The notes under the pieces are model-generated. The model saw only the letters and a list, made by a program, of their open reading frames with translations. It did not search any database and was not told the origin of the DNA. 64,000 bases of DNA from Candidatus Krumholzibacteriia bacterium (GTDB lineage Bacteria > Krumholzibacteriota > Krumholzibacteriia > JAJRXK01). A program made the position numbers and the translations under genes. This document shows positions 28,022 through 37,588 of the stretch, one piece after another (position 1 is the stretch's first letter; every line of letters begins with the position of its first letter). The stretch is taken from assembly GCA_041484665.1 (NCBI GenBank), contig JBGPIA010000021.1:1-64000 (forward strand), written 5' to 3'.

Positions 28022-29366
28022 TTCCGCCCGCTGCCCCAAGATTCTCACCGCCAACTTCGGCGTGACGGACAGCCATACGCTGGCCGTGTACCGCTCCCGC
28101 GGAGGCTTTACGGCGCTGGCGAGAGCATTGTCGTCGATGAAGCCGCAGCAGGTGCTCGAGGAGGTCAAGGCCAGCGGTTTGCGCGGCCGTGGCGGCGCCG
28201 GGTTCCCTGCCGGGGTGAAATGGGGATTCGTGCCGCAGGGCACTGGCAAGCCCGTGTACTTCCTGGTCAACGCCGATGAGAGCGAGCCCGGCACCTTCAA
28301 GGACCGCCACATCATGGACTTCGATCCGCACCTCATGATCGAGGGGACGATCCTGTCCTGTTACGCCGTCAACTGCCACGACGCCTTCGTCTATATCCGC
28401 GGCGAGTACGGCTGGCTGGTCGACCGCGTGCAGGTGGCGGCCGACGAGGCCTACGCGGCCGCGCTGCTGGGTCCCAACATCCTAGGCTCGGGCTTCGGCC
28501 TGGAGCTAATCGTCCACAAGGGGGCGGGCGCCTACATCTGCGGCGAGGAGACCGGGCTGATCAACAGCCTGGAGGGCAAGAAAGGCCAGCCGCGCATCAA
28601 ACCGCCCTTTCCGGCGGTGGTCGGCTTCTTGAACTGCCCCACGGTCGTCAACAACGTGGAGACCGTCGCTGCCGTCCCCTGGATCATCAACCACGGCGCG
28701 CCGGCCTACAGAGCCATCGGCACCGAGAAGAGCACCGGCACCAAGCTGATGAGCTTGAGCGGACCGGTGTGCCGGCCCGGCAACTACGAGATCCCCTTGG
28801 GGCTCCCCTTGCGCGAGCTGATCTTCGGACCGGAGTACGGCCGGGGGCTCTTGCCGGGCATTGAGCTGAAGGCGGTGATCCCCGGCGGCAGCTCCGTGCC
28901 CGTGCTCACGGCGCAGGAGGCCATGGAGGTCAACCTCGACTACGAATCGCTGGCAGCCAAGGGCTCGATGCTGGGCTCGGGCGGCTGCATCGTGATCGGC
29001 GATGACGCCAACATGGTCGACGTGCTCAGGGTCATCCTGCAGTTCTACCACCACGAGTCGTGCGGGCAGTGCACGCCCTGCCGCGAGGGGACCGGTTGGT
29101 TGGACGCGCTGCTGGAGCGCATGCTCGACGGGCAGGGGCGGCCCGACGATCTGCAGCTGATCGAGCGCATCTGCGCCGGGATGATCGGCACGACCATTTG
29201 CGTGCTGTCCGACGCGGCCGTGATGCCGGCGCGCAGCTTCATCGCAAAATTTCGGTCCGAGTTCGAGGCGCTCCTGCCCAAGGGTGACGAGCTGGAGGAC
29301 TACGTGCCGCTGGCAGTCCAGGCGGAGCTGCCCCGCTCCTGGGCCGAGCCGGCGAGCGCCGACTGA
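28014..29366 (+). CDS. nuoF: NADH-quinone oxidoreductase subunit F
   Basis: GLRGRGGAGFP, NADESEPGTFKD, GAGAYICGEET, ESCGQCTPCREG. Confidence 0.97.
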   Translation: MADSARCPKILTANFGVTDSHTLAVYRSRGGFTALARALSSMKPQQVLEEVKASGLRGRGGAGFPAGVKWGFVPQGTGKPVYFLVNADESEPGTFKDRHIMDFDPHLMIEGTILSCYAVNCHDAFVYIRGEYGWLVDRVQVAADEAYAAALLGPNILGSGFGLELIVHKGAGAYICGEETGLINSLEGKKGQPRIKPPFPAVVGFLNCPTVVNNVETVAAVPWIINHGAPAYRAIGTEKSTGTKLMSLSGPVCRPGNYEIPLGLPLRELIFGPEYGRGLLPGIELKAVIPGGSSVPVLTAQEAMEVNLDYESLAAKGSMLGSGGCIVIGDDANMVDVLRVILQFYHHESCGQCTPCREGTGWLDALLERMLDGQGRPDDLQLIERICAGMIGTTICVLSDAAVMPARSFIAKFRSEFEALLPKGDELEDYVPLAVQAELPRSWAEPASAD

Positions 29367-29404
29367 CGGGCGTCGCCGGCGGCGCGGCAGCGAGGGGATG
29401 CAAG

Positions 29405-31018
29405 GTGGCGAACGTCATCATCGACGGCAAGCAGCTGGAGGTCGCTTTGGGCAGCAACCTCTTCGAGGCCTGCACGCTCGCCCGGGGCGAGCTTCTGCCC
29501 CACTTCTGCTACCACCCGGGGTTGTCCATCGCCGGCGTCTGCCGCATGTGCCAGGTCGAGATCGAGGGGATGCCCAAGCTGCAGATCGCTTGCAACACGC
29601 CGGTCAAGGACGGCATGGTGGTGCGCACGCGCAGCGAGAAGGTGAAGACCGCCGTCCAGCAGATCCTCGAGTTCCACCTGCTGCACCACCCGGTCGACTG
29701 CCCCGTCTGCGACCAGGCCGGCGAGTGCGCGTTGCAGGAATTCTACATGGACCACGGGCTCTACCATGCCGACGTGGACGTGGAGGACAAGCTGCGCAAG
29801 GCCAAGGTGAAGCCCATCGGTCGGTTGGTGATGCTCGACGCCGAGCGCTGCGTGCTCTGCGCGCGGTGCACGCGGTTCCTCAGCGAGATCACCGGGACCT
29901 GGGAGCTGGGCATCTTCAACCGCGGCGACCACAGCGAGATCGACGTCACTCCGGGCATGACGCTGGACAACAACTACTCGCTCAACACCGTGGACATCTG
30001 CCCGGTGGGCGCGCTCACCAGCCGGGACTTCCGTTTCCGCAAGCGCGTCTGGTGGCTGAAGGTTACCGACAGCGTCTGCGCCGGCTGTGCCACCGGTTGC
30101 AACATGACCATCCATCACGACCAGGGTGTCGCCTATCGATTCAAGCCGCGCACCAACCCCGACGTCAATCGCTGGTGGATGTGCGACCACGGCCGGCTGC
30201 TCTACACACAGATCGCCGGACCCGACCGCCTGCGTACGCCGTGGGTACGCTCGGCCAGCGGCGGCGAGCCGGCCGCGGCGGGCTTCGACCAGGCCTACCG
30301 GCGCATCGCTGCGTGGCTGGAGCAGGCCGGGCCGGGGCGCAAGCTGGTCTTGGTGGCCAGCCCCCACGCGATGCTCGAGGAGCAGTACGCTTTGCAGGCG
30401 CTTTTGGGCGAGCAGGCAGGCGGCCGCGTGCTGGGTTACCGGCTGGCCGGCGCCGAGCAACAGCTGGCCGACGGCCTGCTCTTGTCCGCCGACCGCACGC
30501 CCAACGCTGCCGGCGCAAGGCGTCTGGGGATGGCGGAGCTCAGCGCGGCAGATCTGCAGACGCACGCCGCCGCGGACACGCTGCTGGTGATCCTGGACAA
30601 CGACCTCGCCGGGCTGTCGCCGGAGGCGGCGCAGGCGCTGACGGGCTTCGGTCTGGTCGTCTACCTGGGCACGCGCCTGGACGCCACGGCCAGGCTCGCC
30701 GACGTCACCCTGCCCGGTCTGGTCTACGCGGAGAAGGACGGCCTGTTCGTCAATGCCGGCGGCCGCGTGCAGGCGCTGCACGCGGCGCTACCGGCGCCGG
30801 GCGAGGCCAAGCCGCAGCTCGCGCTGCTGCGCGATCTGGGCGAGCTGCTCGGTCACCTGCCGGCCTGGAGCACGGTCGACGACGTGCGCTCCGCGCTCGT
30901 GGCGCGCGTCGCAGCCTTCGGCGCGCTGGCCGGCGGCGTACCGCCTGCGGGCCTGGCGCTGGATGCGCCGCCGGAAGACGCCGCTGCCGGCGCCAAAGGG
31001 GGCTCGAAGCGTGGCTGA
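29405..31018 (+). CDS. nuoG: NADH-quinone oxidoreductase subunit G (short form, 537 aa)
   Basis: CYHP...CRMC, HPVDCPVCDQAGEC, CVLCARC...CPVGAL, CAGCATGC...MCD. Confidence 0.92.
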   Translation: MANVIIDGKQLEVALGSNLFEACTLARGELLPHFCYHPGLSIAGVCRMCQVEIEGMPKLQIACNTPVKDGMVVRTRSEKVKTAVQQILEFHLLHHPVDCPVCDQAGECALQEFYMDHGLYHADVDVEDKLRKAKVKPIGRLVMLDAERCVLCARCTRFLSEITGTWELGIFNRGDHSEIDVTPGMTLDNNYSLNTVDICPVGALTSRDFRFRKRVWWLKVTDSVCAGCATGCNMTIHHDQGVAYRFKPRTNPDVNRWWMCDHGRLLYTQIAGPDRLRTPWVRSASGGEPAAAGFDQAYRRIAAWLEQAGPGRKLVLVASPHAMLEEQYALQALLGEQAGGRVLGYRLAGAEQQLADGLLLSADRTPNAAGARRLGMAELSAADLQTHAAADTLLVILDNDLAGLSPEAAQALTGFGLVVYLGTRLDATARLADVTLPGLVYAEKDGLFVNAGGRVQALHAALPAPGEAKPQLALLRDLGELLGHLPAWSTVDDVRSALVARVAAFGALAGGVPPAGLALDAPPEDAAAGAKGGSKRG

Positions 31019-32300
31019 GCTGGCGTGGACCCTCGGCAAGATCGCGTTCATGCTCCTGGTGATCGTGGGGCTCCTGCCCGTGGTGATCTGGGCCGAGCGC
31101 AAGGGGGCCGCCTTCATCCAGGACCGCGTGGGTCCCAACCGCGCAAGCCTCGGGGGCGTGCTGCGCCTGGGCGGACTCGTCCACCCGCTGGCCGACGTGC
31201 TGAAGCTGATGTTCAAGGAGGATATCGTTCCCACCGGCGTGAACCGCTTCTTCTACAACCTGGCGCCCTTCCTGATGATGACCGTCGCCCTCTGCACGTT
31301 CGCCGTGCTGCCGTTCGGCGACGCGATCTATCTGGGCGACCGGGTGATCCCGTTGCGCGTGGCCAGCCTCGACGTGGGCATCCTCTATCTGCTGGCCGTG
31401 GGTAGCCTGGGCGTCTACGGGATCGTGCTGGCGGGCTGGTCCTCCAACAACAAATACTCGTTCCTGGGCGCGCTGCGCGCGTCGGCGCAGATGATCAGCT
31501 ACGAGCTCAACATGGGGCTGGCGGTGCTGGCGCTGCTGTTGGTCTACGGCAGCGTACGCATCGATGCCATGGTCGTGGAGCAGGGGCAGCTGCTGTGGGG
31601 CTGCTTGCCACGCTGGGGCGTGGTGCTGCAGCCGGTGGGATTCCTGATCTTCCTCACGTCCGCATTCGCCGAGACCAACCGCAGTCCCTTCGACCTGCCC
31701 GAGGGCGAGAGCGAGCTGGTCGCCGGATACCACACCGAGTACAGCAGCCTGAAGTGGGCCCTCTTCTACATGGCCGAGTATTGCAACCTGATCGTGGCCT
31801 CTGCGGTGATCGCGAGCCTGTACTTCGGCGGCTGGCAGGTTCCGTGGCTGGACACCTTCCTGCTGCGCACGCACGCCGGAGGCTTGCTGACCGCAACGCT
31901 GATCGTGCTGACGCTTACCGGTTTCCTGACCGCAGCGGTGCTGGGGCGGCGCTTCGAGCGCGAGCGCGGCCGCTACGGCGACCGCCGCGAGTACGAGCCG
32001 CTGATCGAGGGCGTCGTCGCCTTCCTGCTAGGACTCGCGACGCTCTGCGCGTTGCTGTTCGCGCGGCCCTGGGCGGTCTCGTCCCCAGCGGCGGCGCACC
32101 TGGCCACGGCCTTCCAGGTGGGGGCGTTCCTGGCCAAGACCGTGTGCTTCTGCTGGCTGTTCATCTGGGTGCGGTGGACGCTCCCGCGCTTCCGCTACGA
32201 CCAGCTCATGCGCCTGGGCTGGCGGATCATGCTGCCCCTGGCGCTGGCCAACCTGCTGGCGACGGCGGTCGTGGTGCTGATCGCGGGCGGCAAGGGGTAG
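31011..32300 (+). CDS. nuoH: NADH-quinone oxidoreductase subunit H (with internal insertion)
   Basis: ERK...QDRVGPN, ISYE, AETNRSPFDLPEGESELVAGYHTEYS, LPRFRYDQLM. Confidence 0.95.
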   Translation: MAELAWTLGKIAFMLLVIVGLLPVVIWAERKGAAFIQDRVGPNRASLGGVLRLGGLVHPLADVLKLMFKEDIVPTGVNRFFYNLAPFLMMTVALCTFAVLPFGDAIYLGDRVIPLRVASLDVGILYLLAVGSLGVYGIVLAGWSSNNKYSFLGALRASAQMISYELNMGLAVLALLLVYGSVRIDAMVVEQGQLLWGCLPRWGVVLQPVGFLIFLTSAFAETNRSPFDLPEGESELVAGYHTEYSSLKWALFYMAEYCNLIVASAVIASLYFGGWQVPWLDTFLLRTHAGGLLTATLIVLTLTGFLTAAVLGRRFERERGRYGDRREYEPLIEGVVAFLLGLATLCALLFARPWAVSSPAAAHLATAFQVGAFLAKTVCFCWLFIWVRWTLPRFRYDQLMRLGWRIMLPLALANLLATAVVVLIAGGKG

Positions 32301-32304
32301 AGGC

Positions 32305-32829
32305 ATGGCGTACTCCGTTCACGGACCCAAGGCGCGCACGGGAGGACTGGGCACGCGGCTGCGAGCGGCCGAGTCGTCCTACGTGGTCGAGGTGGTCAAG
32401 GGCCTCGCCATCACCTTGCGGCACCTCGTGCGCAGCTGGTTCCACATGGAGGACCTGCCGACGCTGCAGTATCCCGACGAGCGGCCGGCCTACGGGCCGT
32501 GGCTGCGCGGCCGCCACCGCCTGATGAAGCGCGAGGACGGCTCGCCGCGCTGCGTGGCCTGCCAATTGTGTGCCACGATCTGCCCGGCCGACTGCATCCA
32601 CATCGTGGAGCAGGACGACCCGCGTCCCGACGTGGAGAAGGCGCCGCGGTCGTTCGACATCGACCTGCTGCGCTGCGTCTACTGCGGGCTGTGCGTCGAG
32701 GCCTGTCCCTGCGACGCGATCCGCATGGACACCGGGATCTTCGAGATCGCCGCCGACCGCCGGGAGGCGTTCGTGGTGGACAAGGACTTCCTGCTCAACA
32801 ACTCCACCGACGGGGTGCGCACGCTGTGA
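32305..32829 (+). CDS. nuoI: NADH-quinone oxidoreductase subunit I
   Basis: Two CxxCxxCxxxCP motifs; TLQYPDE. Confidence 0.95.
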   Translation: MAYSVHGPKARTGGLGTRLRAAESSYVVEVVKGLAITLRHLVRSWFHMEDLPTLQYPDERPAYGPWLRGRHRLMKREDGSPRCVACQLCATICPADCIHIVEQDDPRPDVEKAPRSFDIDLLRCVYCGLCVEACPCDAIRMDTGIFEIAADRREAFVVDKDFLLNNSTDGVRTL

Positions 32830-32874
32830 GGCCGCGCGGCCGGATCGCCGGCGCGAGGCAGGCGAGGGGCTGAG

Positions 32875-33516
32875 GTGATGGAAGGGCTGTTCTTCTACGT
32901 GTTCGCGACGCTGGCCACGGGCAGCGCCCTGCTGTTCGTGACGCGCCGCAGCGCCATTCCGGCGGCCTTCTGGCTGATCTTCTGTTTCCTGAACATCGCA
33001 GCGCTGTTCGCGTTGTTGTCGGCACACCTGATCGCCGTACTGCAGATCCTGCTCTACGCTGGCGCAATCATGGTCTTCTTCCTGTTTGTGGTCATGCTGC
33101 TGGGCCAGAGCGCCCGCGTGCACCGCCCGGCGGGGCGGCCGCTGGCGATGGTGGGCGCGGCCACGATCGCCGCCGCGGCGCTGCTCACGATCCGGCTGCT
33201 GCGGCGCGCGCCGGCCTCGGCGCTGCCCGCCCTGCCGGAGGGCTTCGGCGGTGTCACGCAGGTGAGCGACGTGCTGCTCACCCAGTACGTGTTCGCATTC
33301 GAGGCCACCGGGTTGCTCCTCCTGGTGGCGGTGCTGGGCGCGGTCGTGCTCGCCCGCCGCGAGCGGCCCAAGCGCGCGGCGCCCCCGGCGCGGCACGCGC
33401 CGCGCGGCATGCCGGCAGCCGACAGCCCTGCTGAGCGCCCCCCCGCAGCCGCAGCCGAACACAACGGGGCGCACGCCGACAGCGGCGCGGGGCAGCAGGA
33501 GGCGGCTCGTGTCTGA
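32875..33516 (+). CDS. nuoJ: NADH-quinone oxidoreductase subunit J
   Basis: [29 protein letters not shown]. Confidence 0.93.
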   Translation: MMEGLFFYVFATLATGSALLFVTRRSAIPAAFWLIFCFLNIAALFALLSAHLIAVLQILLYAGAIMVFFLFVVMLLGQSARVHRPAGRPLAMVGAATIAAAALLTIRLLRRAPASALPALPEGFGGVTQVSDVLLTQYVFAFEATGLLLLVAVLGAVVLARRERPKRAAPPARHAPRGMPAADSPAERPPAAAAEHNGAHADSGAGQQEAARV

Positions 33517-33841
33517 GCCCACGGCGGCAACGGCGATGACCGTCACGCTCAACCACTATCTCACGCTGTCCGCCATCCTGTTCTTCATCGGGGTCGCCGG
33601 AGTGATCCTGCGTCGCAACGCCCTGGTGATGTTCATGTCGATCGAGCTGATGCTCAGCGCCGCCAACATCGCCTTCGTGGCCTTCAGCCGTTATCTGCAC
33701 GACCTGCGCGGGCAGGTGTTTGTGCTGTTTATCCTGGCCGTCGCCGCCGCGGAGGCCGCCGTCGGCTTGGCGATCCTGGTGGAGATCTTCCGCAAGCGGG
33801 ACACGGTCGACGTGGACGAGTTCCGCCAGCTCATGGAGTAG
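33509..33841 (+). CDS. nuoK: NADH-quinone oxidoreductase subunit K
   Basis: RRN...[18 protein letters not shown]. Confidence 0.95.
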   Translation: MSEPTAATAMTVTLNHYLTLSAILFFIGVAGVILRRNALVMFMSIELMLSAANIAFVAFSRYLHDLRGQVFVLFILAVAAAEAAVGLAILVEIFRKRDTVDVDEFRQLME

Positions 33842-33843
33842 GG

Positions 33844-35928
33844 GTGATGCAAGAGACCCCCGAGACCGCCGCCGCCTTCCTGCGCTGGATCGTCTTGCTG
33901 CCATTGCTCGGCGCAGCGCTCAATGGCCTGACGAATCCCAGACTGCCGAGGCCCATCGTGGCCGGCATCGGGGTGGGCTCGGTGGTCGGGTCGTTCGCGC
34001 TGTCGCTCCTGGCGTTCTTGCGCCTCTCTGCCCTGCCGTCCGCGCAGCGCGTGCTGGTCGACCGGGTCTACACGTGGATGCCGATCGGCGACCTGCGCGC
34101 CGATGTGGCGTTCCAGGTGGACGCGCTGTCGGCGGTCATGATCCTGGTGGTCACGGGCGTGGGCGCGCTCATCCACCTGTACAGCGTCGGCTACATGGCG
34201 CAAGACCGGGGGTTCCAGCGGTACTTCGCGTACCTGAATCTCTTCGTGTTCGCCATGCTGGTGTTGGTCACCGCCGACAACCTCCTGCTGCTGTTCCTCG
34301 GCTGGGAGGGAGTGGGGCTGTGCAGCTATCTGCTCATCGGGTTCTGGTTCCAGGACCTGGCCAACAGCGTGGCGGGCAAGAAGGCCTTCGTGGTGAATCG
34401 CGTGGGCGACTTCGGATTCCTGCTGGGGATGTTGCTGATCGCCCGCGCGCTGGCCGGCCACGCCGAAGGCGGAAACCTCCTCGCCTTTCGCACCATGGCC
34501 GCGCACCGGGACCTGCTCCTGCCCGTCGCGACCGCCACGGGTCTCCTGCTGTTCCTGGGAGCCACGGGCAAGAGCGCGCAGATCCCTCTCTTCGTGTGGC
34601 TGCCCGACGCCATGGCCGGACCGACGCCGGTCTCGGCCCTCATCCACGCCGCCACCATGGTGACCGCTGGCGTCTACATGGTGGCGCGCATGCACTTCTT
34701 GTACGACCTGGCGCCTGCGGCGCTGCACGTGATCGCCGTGGTGGGCGCCCTCACGGCGCTTTTGGCCGCCACCATCGCGCTGGTGCAGAACGACATCAAG
34801 AAGCTGCTGGCGTACAGCACCGTGAGCCAGTTGGGCTACATGTTCCTGGCCTGCGGTGTCGGTGCCTACGCCACGGGGATCTTCCACGTGATGACCCACG
34901 CGTTCTTCAAAGCGCTGCTGTTCCTGGGGGCGGGATCGGTGATCCAGGCGCTGCACCACGAGCAGGACCTGCGGCGCATGGGCGGACTGCGGGGTGCCAT
35001 GCCGGTCACCTTCCGCACGATGGCCGTAGCGACCCTGGCGATCGCCGGGATCTTCCCGTTGGCGGGATTCTTCTCCAAGGATGAGATCCTCTACGCGGCG
35101 TTCCGCCAGAGCCCGCTCTTGTGGCTGGTCGGCCTGCTGGTGGCCGGACTCACCGCGTTCTACATGACGCGCATGATGGTGCTGGCGTTCCTCGGGCAGC
35201 GCCGCACGAGCGCGGCTGCGGCCGGTCACGACGCGGCGGGAAGCGGTCATGGGATCCACGCTGCGGGCGCAGTCGGCCAGGGGGCCCACGACACCGAGGT
35301 CCACGAGTCGCCGGCACTCTTGACCGCGCCGCTGGTGGTGCTCGCGCTCTTGTCGGTGATCGGCGGCTGGATCGGATGGCCCCAGTTCCTGGGCGGTGGC
35401 AACCCATTCCACCAGTGGCTTGCCCCGGTCTTCGAGCGCGGCACGGCCGTGGAGGCAACTGCAGTGGCCGGGGCGGCAGCGCCCGCAGCCGTGGCGCACG
35501 CGGTGGCGGAGGGCGCCGGGGCTCACGTTGCGACAGCGGAGTGGACGCTGGCGCTGTTGTCGCTGGCCGTCGCGCTGGCGGGGCTCACGGTCTCGCTACG
35601 CATCTATACTCGCGGCGCGCGGGCGGCGGGGCGGGCGCAGGCCTTCGCGGGTGGGGCGGTCTACCGGTTGCTCGCTGGGAAGTACTTCGTCGACGAGCTC
35701 TACGACGCCGCCATCGTGCGGCCGGTCCACTGGGTCAGCGACCGGGTCCTCTGGCGCACGGTCGACGCGGGCCTGATCGACGGAGTCGCAGTCAACGGGA
35801 TCGGCCGCCTGCTGGCGCTGATCGGTGCCCTGGTGCGCACGGTCCAGAACGGCCTGCTGCGTTGGTACGCGTACTCGTTCGCCGTCGGCGTGATCATGAT
35901 CCTCGTCTACCTGGCCCGACGCTTCTAG
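33844..35928 (+). CDS. nuoL: NADH-quinone oxidoreductase subunit L
   Basis: GWEGVGLCSY, GKSAQIPL..WLPDAMAGPTPVSALIHAATMV, THAFFKALLF. Confidence 0.97.
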   Translation: MMQETPETAAAFLRWIVLLPLLGAALNGLTNPRLPRPIVAGIGVGSVVGSFALSLLAFLRLSALPSAQRVLVDRVYTWMPIGDLRADVAFQVDALSAVMILVVTGVGALIHLYSVGYMAQDRGFQRYFAYLNLFVFAMLVLVTADNLLLLFLGWEGVGLCSYLLIGFWFQDLANSVAGKKAFVVNRVGDFGFLLGMLLIARALAGHAEGGNLLAFRTMAAHRDLLLPVATATGLLLFLGATGKSAQIPLFVWLPDAMAGPTPVSALIHAATMVTAGVYMVARMHFLYDLAPAALHVIAVVGALTALLAATIALVQNDIKKLLAYSTVSQLGYMFLACGVGAYATGIFHVMTHAFFKALLFLGAGSVIQALHHEQDLRRMGGLRGAMPVTFRTMAVATLAIAGIFPLAGFFSKDEILYAAFRQSPLLWLVGLLVAGLTAFYMTRMMVLAFLGQRRTSAAAAGHDAAGSGHGIHAAGAVGQGAHDTEVHESPALLTAPLVVLALLSVIGGWIGWPQFLGGGNPFHQWLAPVFERGTAVEATAVAGAAAPAAVAHAVAEGAGAHVATAEWTLALLSLAVALAGLTVSLRIYTRGARAAGRAQAFAGGAVYRLLAGKYFVDELYDAAIVRPVHWVSDRVLWRTVDAGLIDGVAVNGIGRLLALIGALVRTVQNGLLRWYAYSFAVGVIMILVYLARRF

Positions 35929-35938
35929 GGAGGACCGC

Positions 35939-37588
35939 ATGGCTGCCCCGACCCACCATCTGCTGAGCTGGGTGATCTTCCTGCCGCTGTTGGGGTCGGC
36001 GGCGTTGCTCCTGCTGCCCCGCCGCGTCAACGCCCTCGCGAAGGCGGGGGCGCTGATCATCGCGCTCGGCGACTTCCTGCTGTCGTTGCGGCTCCTGTCT
36101 GGATTCCACGCCGACGCGTCCTTCCAGTTCAAAGAGCTCGTCCCCTGGGTGCCGCAGCTGGGGATCAGCTACTCGATTGCCATCGACGGCATCAGCCTGT
36201 GGCTGGTGCTGCTGACGACGTTCCTGGGGCCGGTGGTGATCCTCTCCACGTGGAACGCGGTGCAGGAGCGCGTGCGGGAGTTCATGATCGATCTGCTGCT
36301 GCTGCAGGCGGCCATGCTCGGGACCTTCTGCGCGCGGGACATGATCCTGTTCTACGTGTTCTGGGAGGCGATGCTGATCCCGATGGCGTTGATCATCGGG
36401 ATCTGGGGTGGCCCACGGCGCATCTACGCCGCGGTGAAGTTCTTCCTCTATACGATGGTCGGCAGCGTGCTCATGCTGGTGGCCATCCTGTACATGTACG
36501 GCCGCACCGGCGGCAGCTTCGCCATGGCCGACTTCGCCGCGCTCAAGCTCACGGCGCCCGAGCAGCTCTGGCTGTTCGGCGCCTTCGCGCTGGCGTTCGC
36601 GATCAAGGTCCCGGTGTGGCCACTGCACACCTGGCTGCCGGATGCCCACGTCGAGGCGCCCACCGCCGGCAGCGTGATGCTGGCGGCCGTGCTGCTGAAG
36701 ATGGGCACCTACGGCCTCCTGCGACTGGCGATCCCCATGTTCCCGCTTGCGGTTGCGCGCTGCGCCCCGCTGATGGCGGCGCTGGGCGTGATCGGCATCA
36801 TCTTCGGCGCGCTGGTGGCCATGGTGCAGCGCGACATCAAGAAGCTGGTGGCCTACAGCTCGGTCAGCCACCTGGGCTTCGTGGTGCTGGGGCTGTTTGC
36901 GCTGAGCACCGAGGCGATCGCCGGTGGCGTGGTGATCATGCTCGCCCACGGACTGGCCACCGGCGCGCTCTTCCTTCTGGTGGGTGTCCTCTACGAGCGG
37001 CGCCACACGCGCGAGATCGCCGAGTTCGGCGGGCTCGCCCATGTGATGCCCCGCTATGCCACGGTCTTCATGATCGTGACGCTGGCCAGCATCGGACTGC
37101 CGGGCCTCTCGGGGTTCGTGGGCGAGTTCCTGGTGCTGCTGGGTACGTTCAAGAGCGGCACGCTGGCGGGCGCTGCGTGGCTGACGGCCCTGGGCGCTAC
37201 CGGGGTCATCCTGGGCGCGGTGTACATGCTCTGGATGGTCCAGCGGGTGTTCTTTGGGCCGTGCAGCAAGGAGCAGAACCAGCGTCTGCCCGACCTGAGC
37301 CTACGCGAGGCGGCGGTGCTGCTGCCGCTGGTGGTCATGATCTTCTGGCTGGGCCTCTTCCCCAAGCCGTGGCTCTCGCGCATGGAGCCCGCGATTGCCG
37401 GGGTGGTGACCGCCCACGCCGAGCGCGTGGCGCAGGCGCGGGCGCAGAGCCGGTTCGCAGCCGCCGGGGGGGCCGCGGGCGCGCCCATGGCGGTGCCGGC
37501 GGTGGCGCCGGCCGTGGCGGTTGCGCCGGCATCGGCGCAGGAGTCCGCGCAGCGCCTGGCCGCGGCGCCTGCGGAAGTGGTGCGATGA
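35939..37588 (+). CDS. nuoM: NADH-quinone oxidoreductase subunit M
   Basis: FYVFWE, PLHTWLPDAHVEAPT, LKMGTYG, AYSSVSH, GLPGLSGFVGEF. Confidence 0.97.
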   Translation: MAAPTHHLLSWVIFLPLLGSAALLLLPRRVNALAKAGALIIALGDFLLSLRLLSGFHADASFQFKELVPWVPQLGISYSIAIDGISLWLVLLTTFLGPVVILSTWNAVQERVREFMIDLLLLQAAMLGTFCARDMILFYVFWEAMLIPMALIIGIWGGPRRIYAAVKFFLYTMVGSVLMLVAILYMYGRTGGSFAMADFAALKLTAPEQLWLFGAFALAFAIKVPVWPLHTWLPDAHVEAPTAGSVMLAAVLLKMGTYGLLRLAIPMFPLAVARCAPLMAALGVIGIIFGALVAMVQRDIKKLVAYSSVSHLGFVVLGLFALSTEAIAGGVVIMLAHGLATGALFLLVGVLYERRHTREIAEFGGLAHVMPRYATVFMIVTLASIGLPGLSGFVGEFLVLLGTFKSGTLAGAAWLTALGATGVILGAVYMLWMVQRVFFGPCSKEQNQRLPDLSLREAAVLLPLVVMIFWLGLFPKPWLSRMEPAIAGVVTAHAERVAQARAQSRFAAAGGAAGAPMAVPAVAPAVAVAPASAQESAQRLAAAPAEVVR

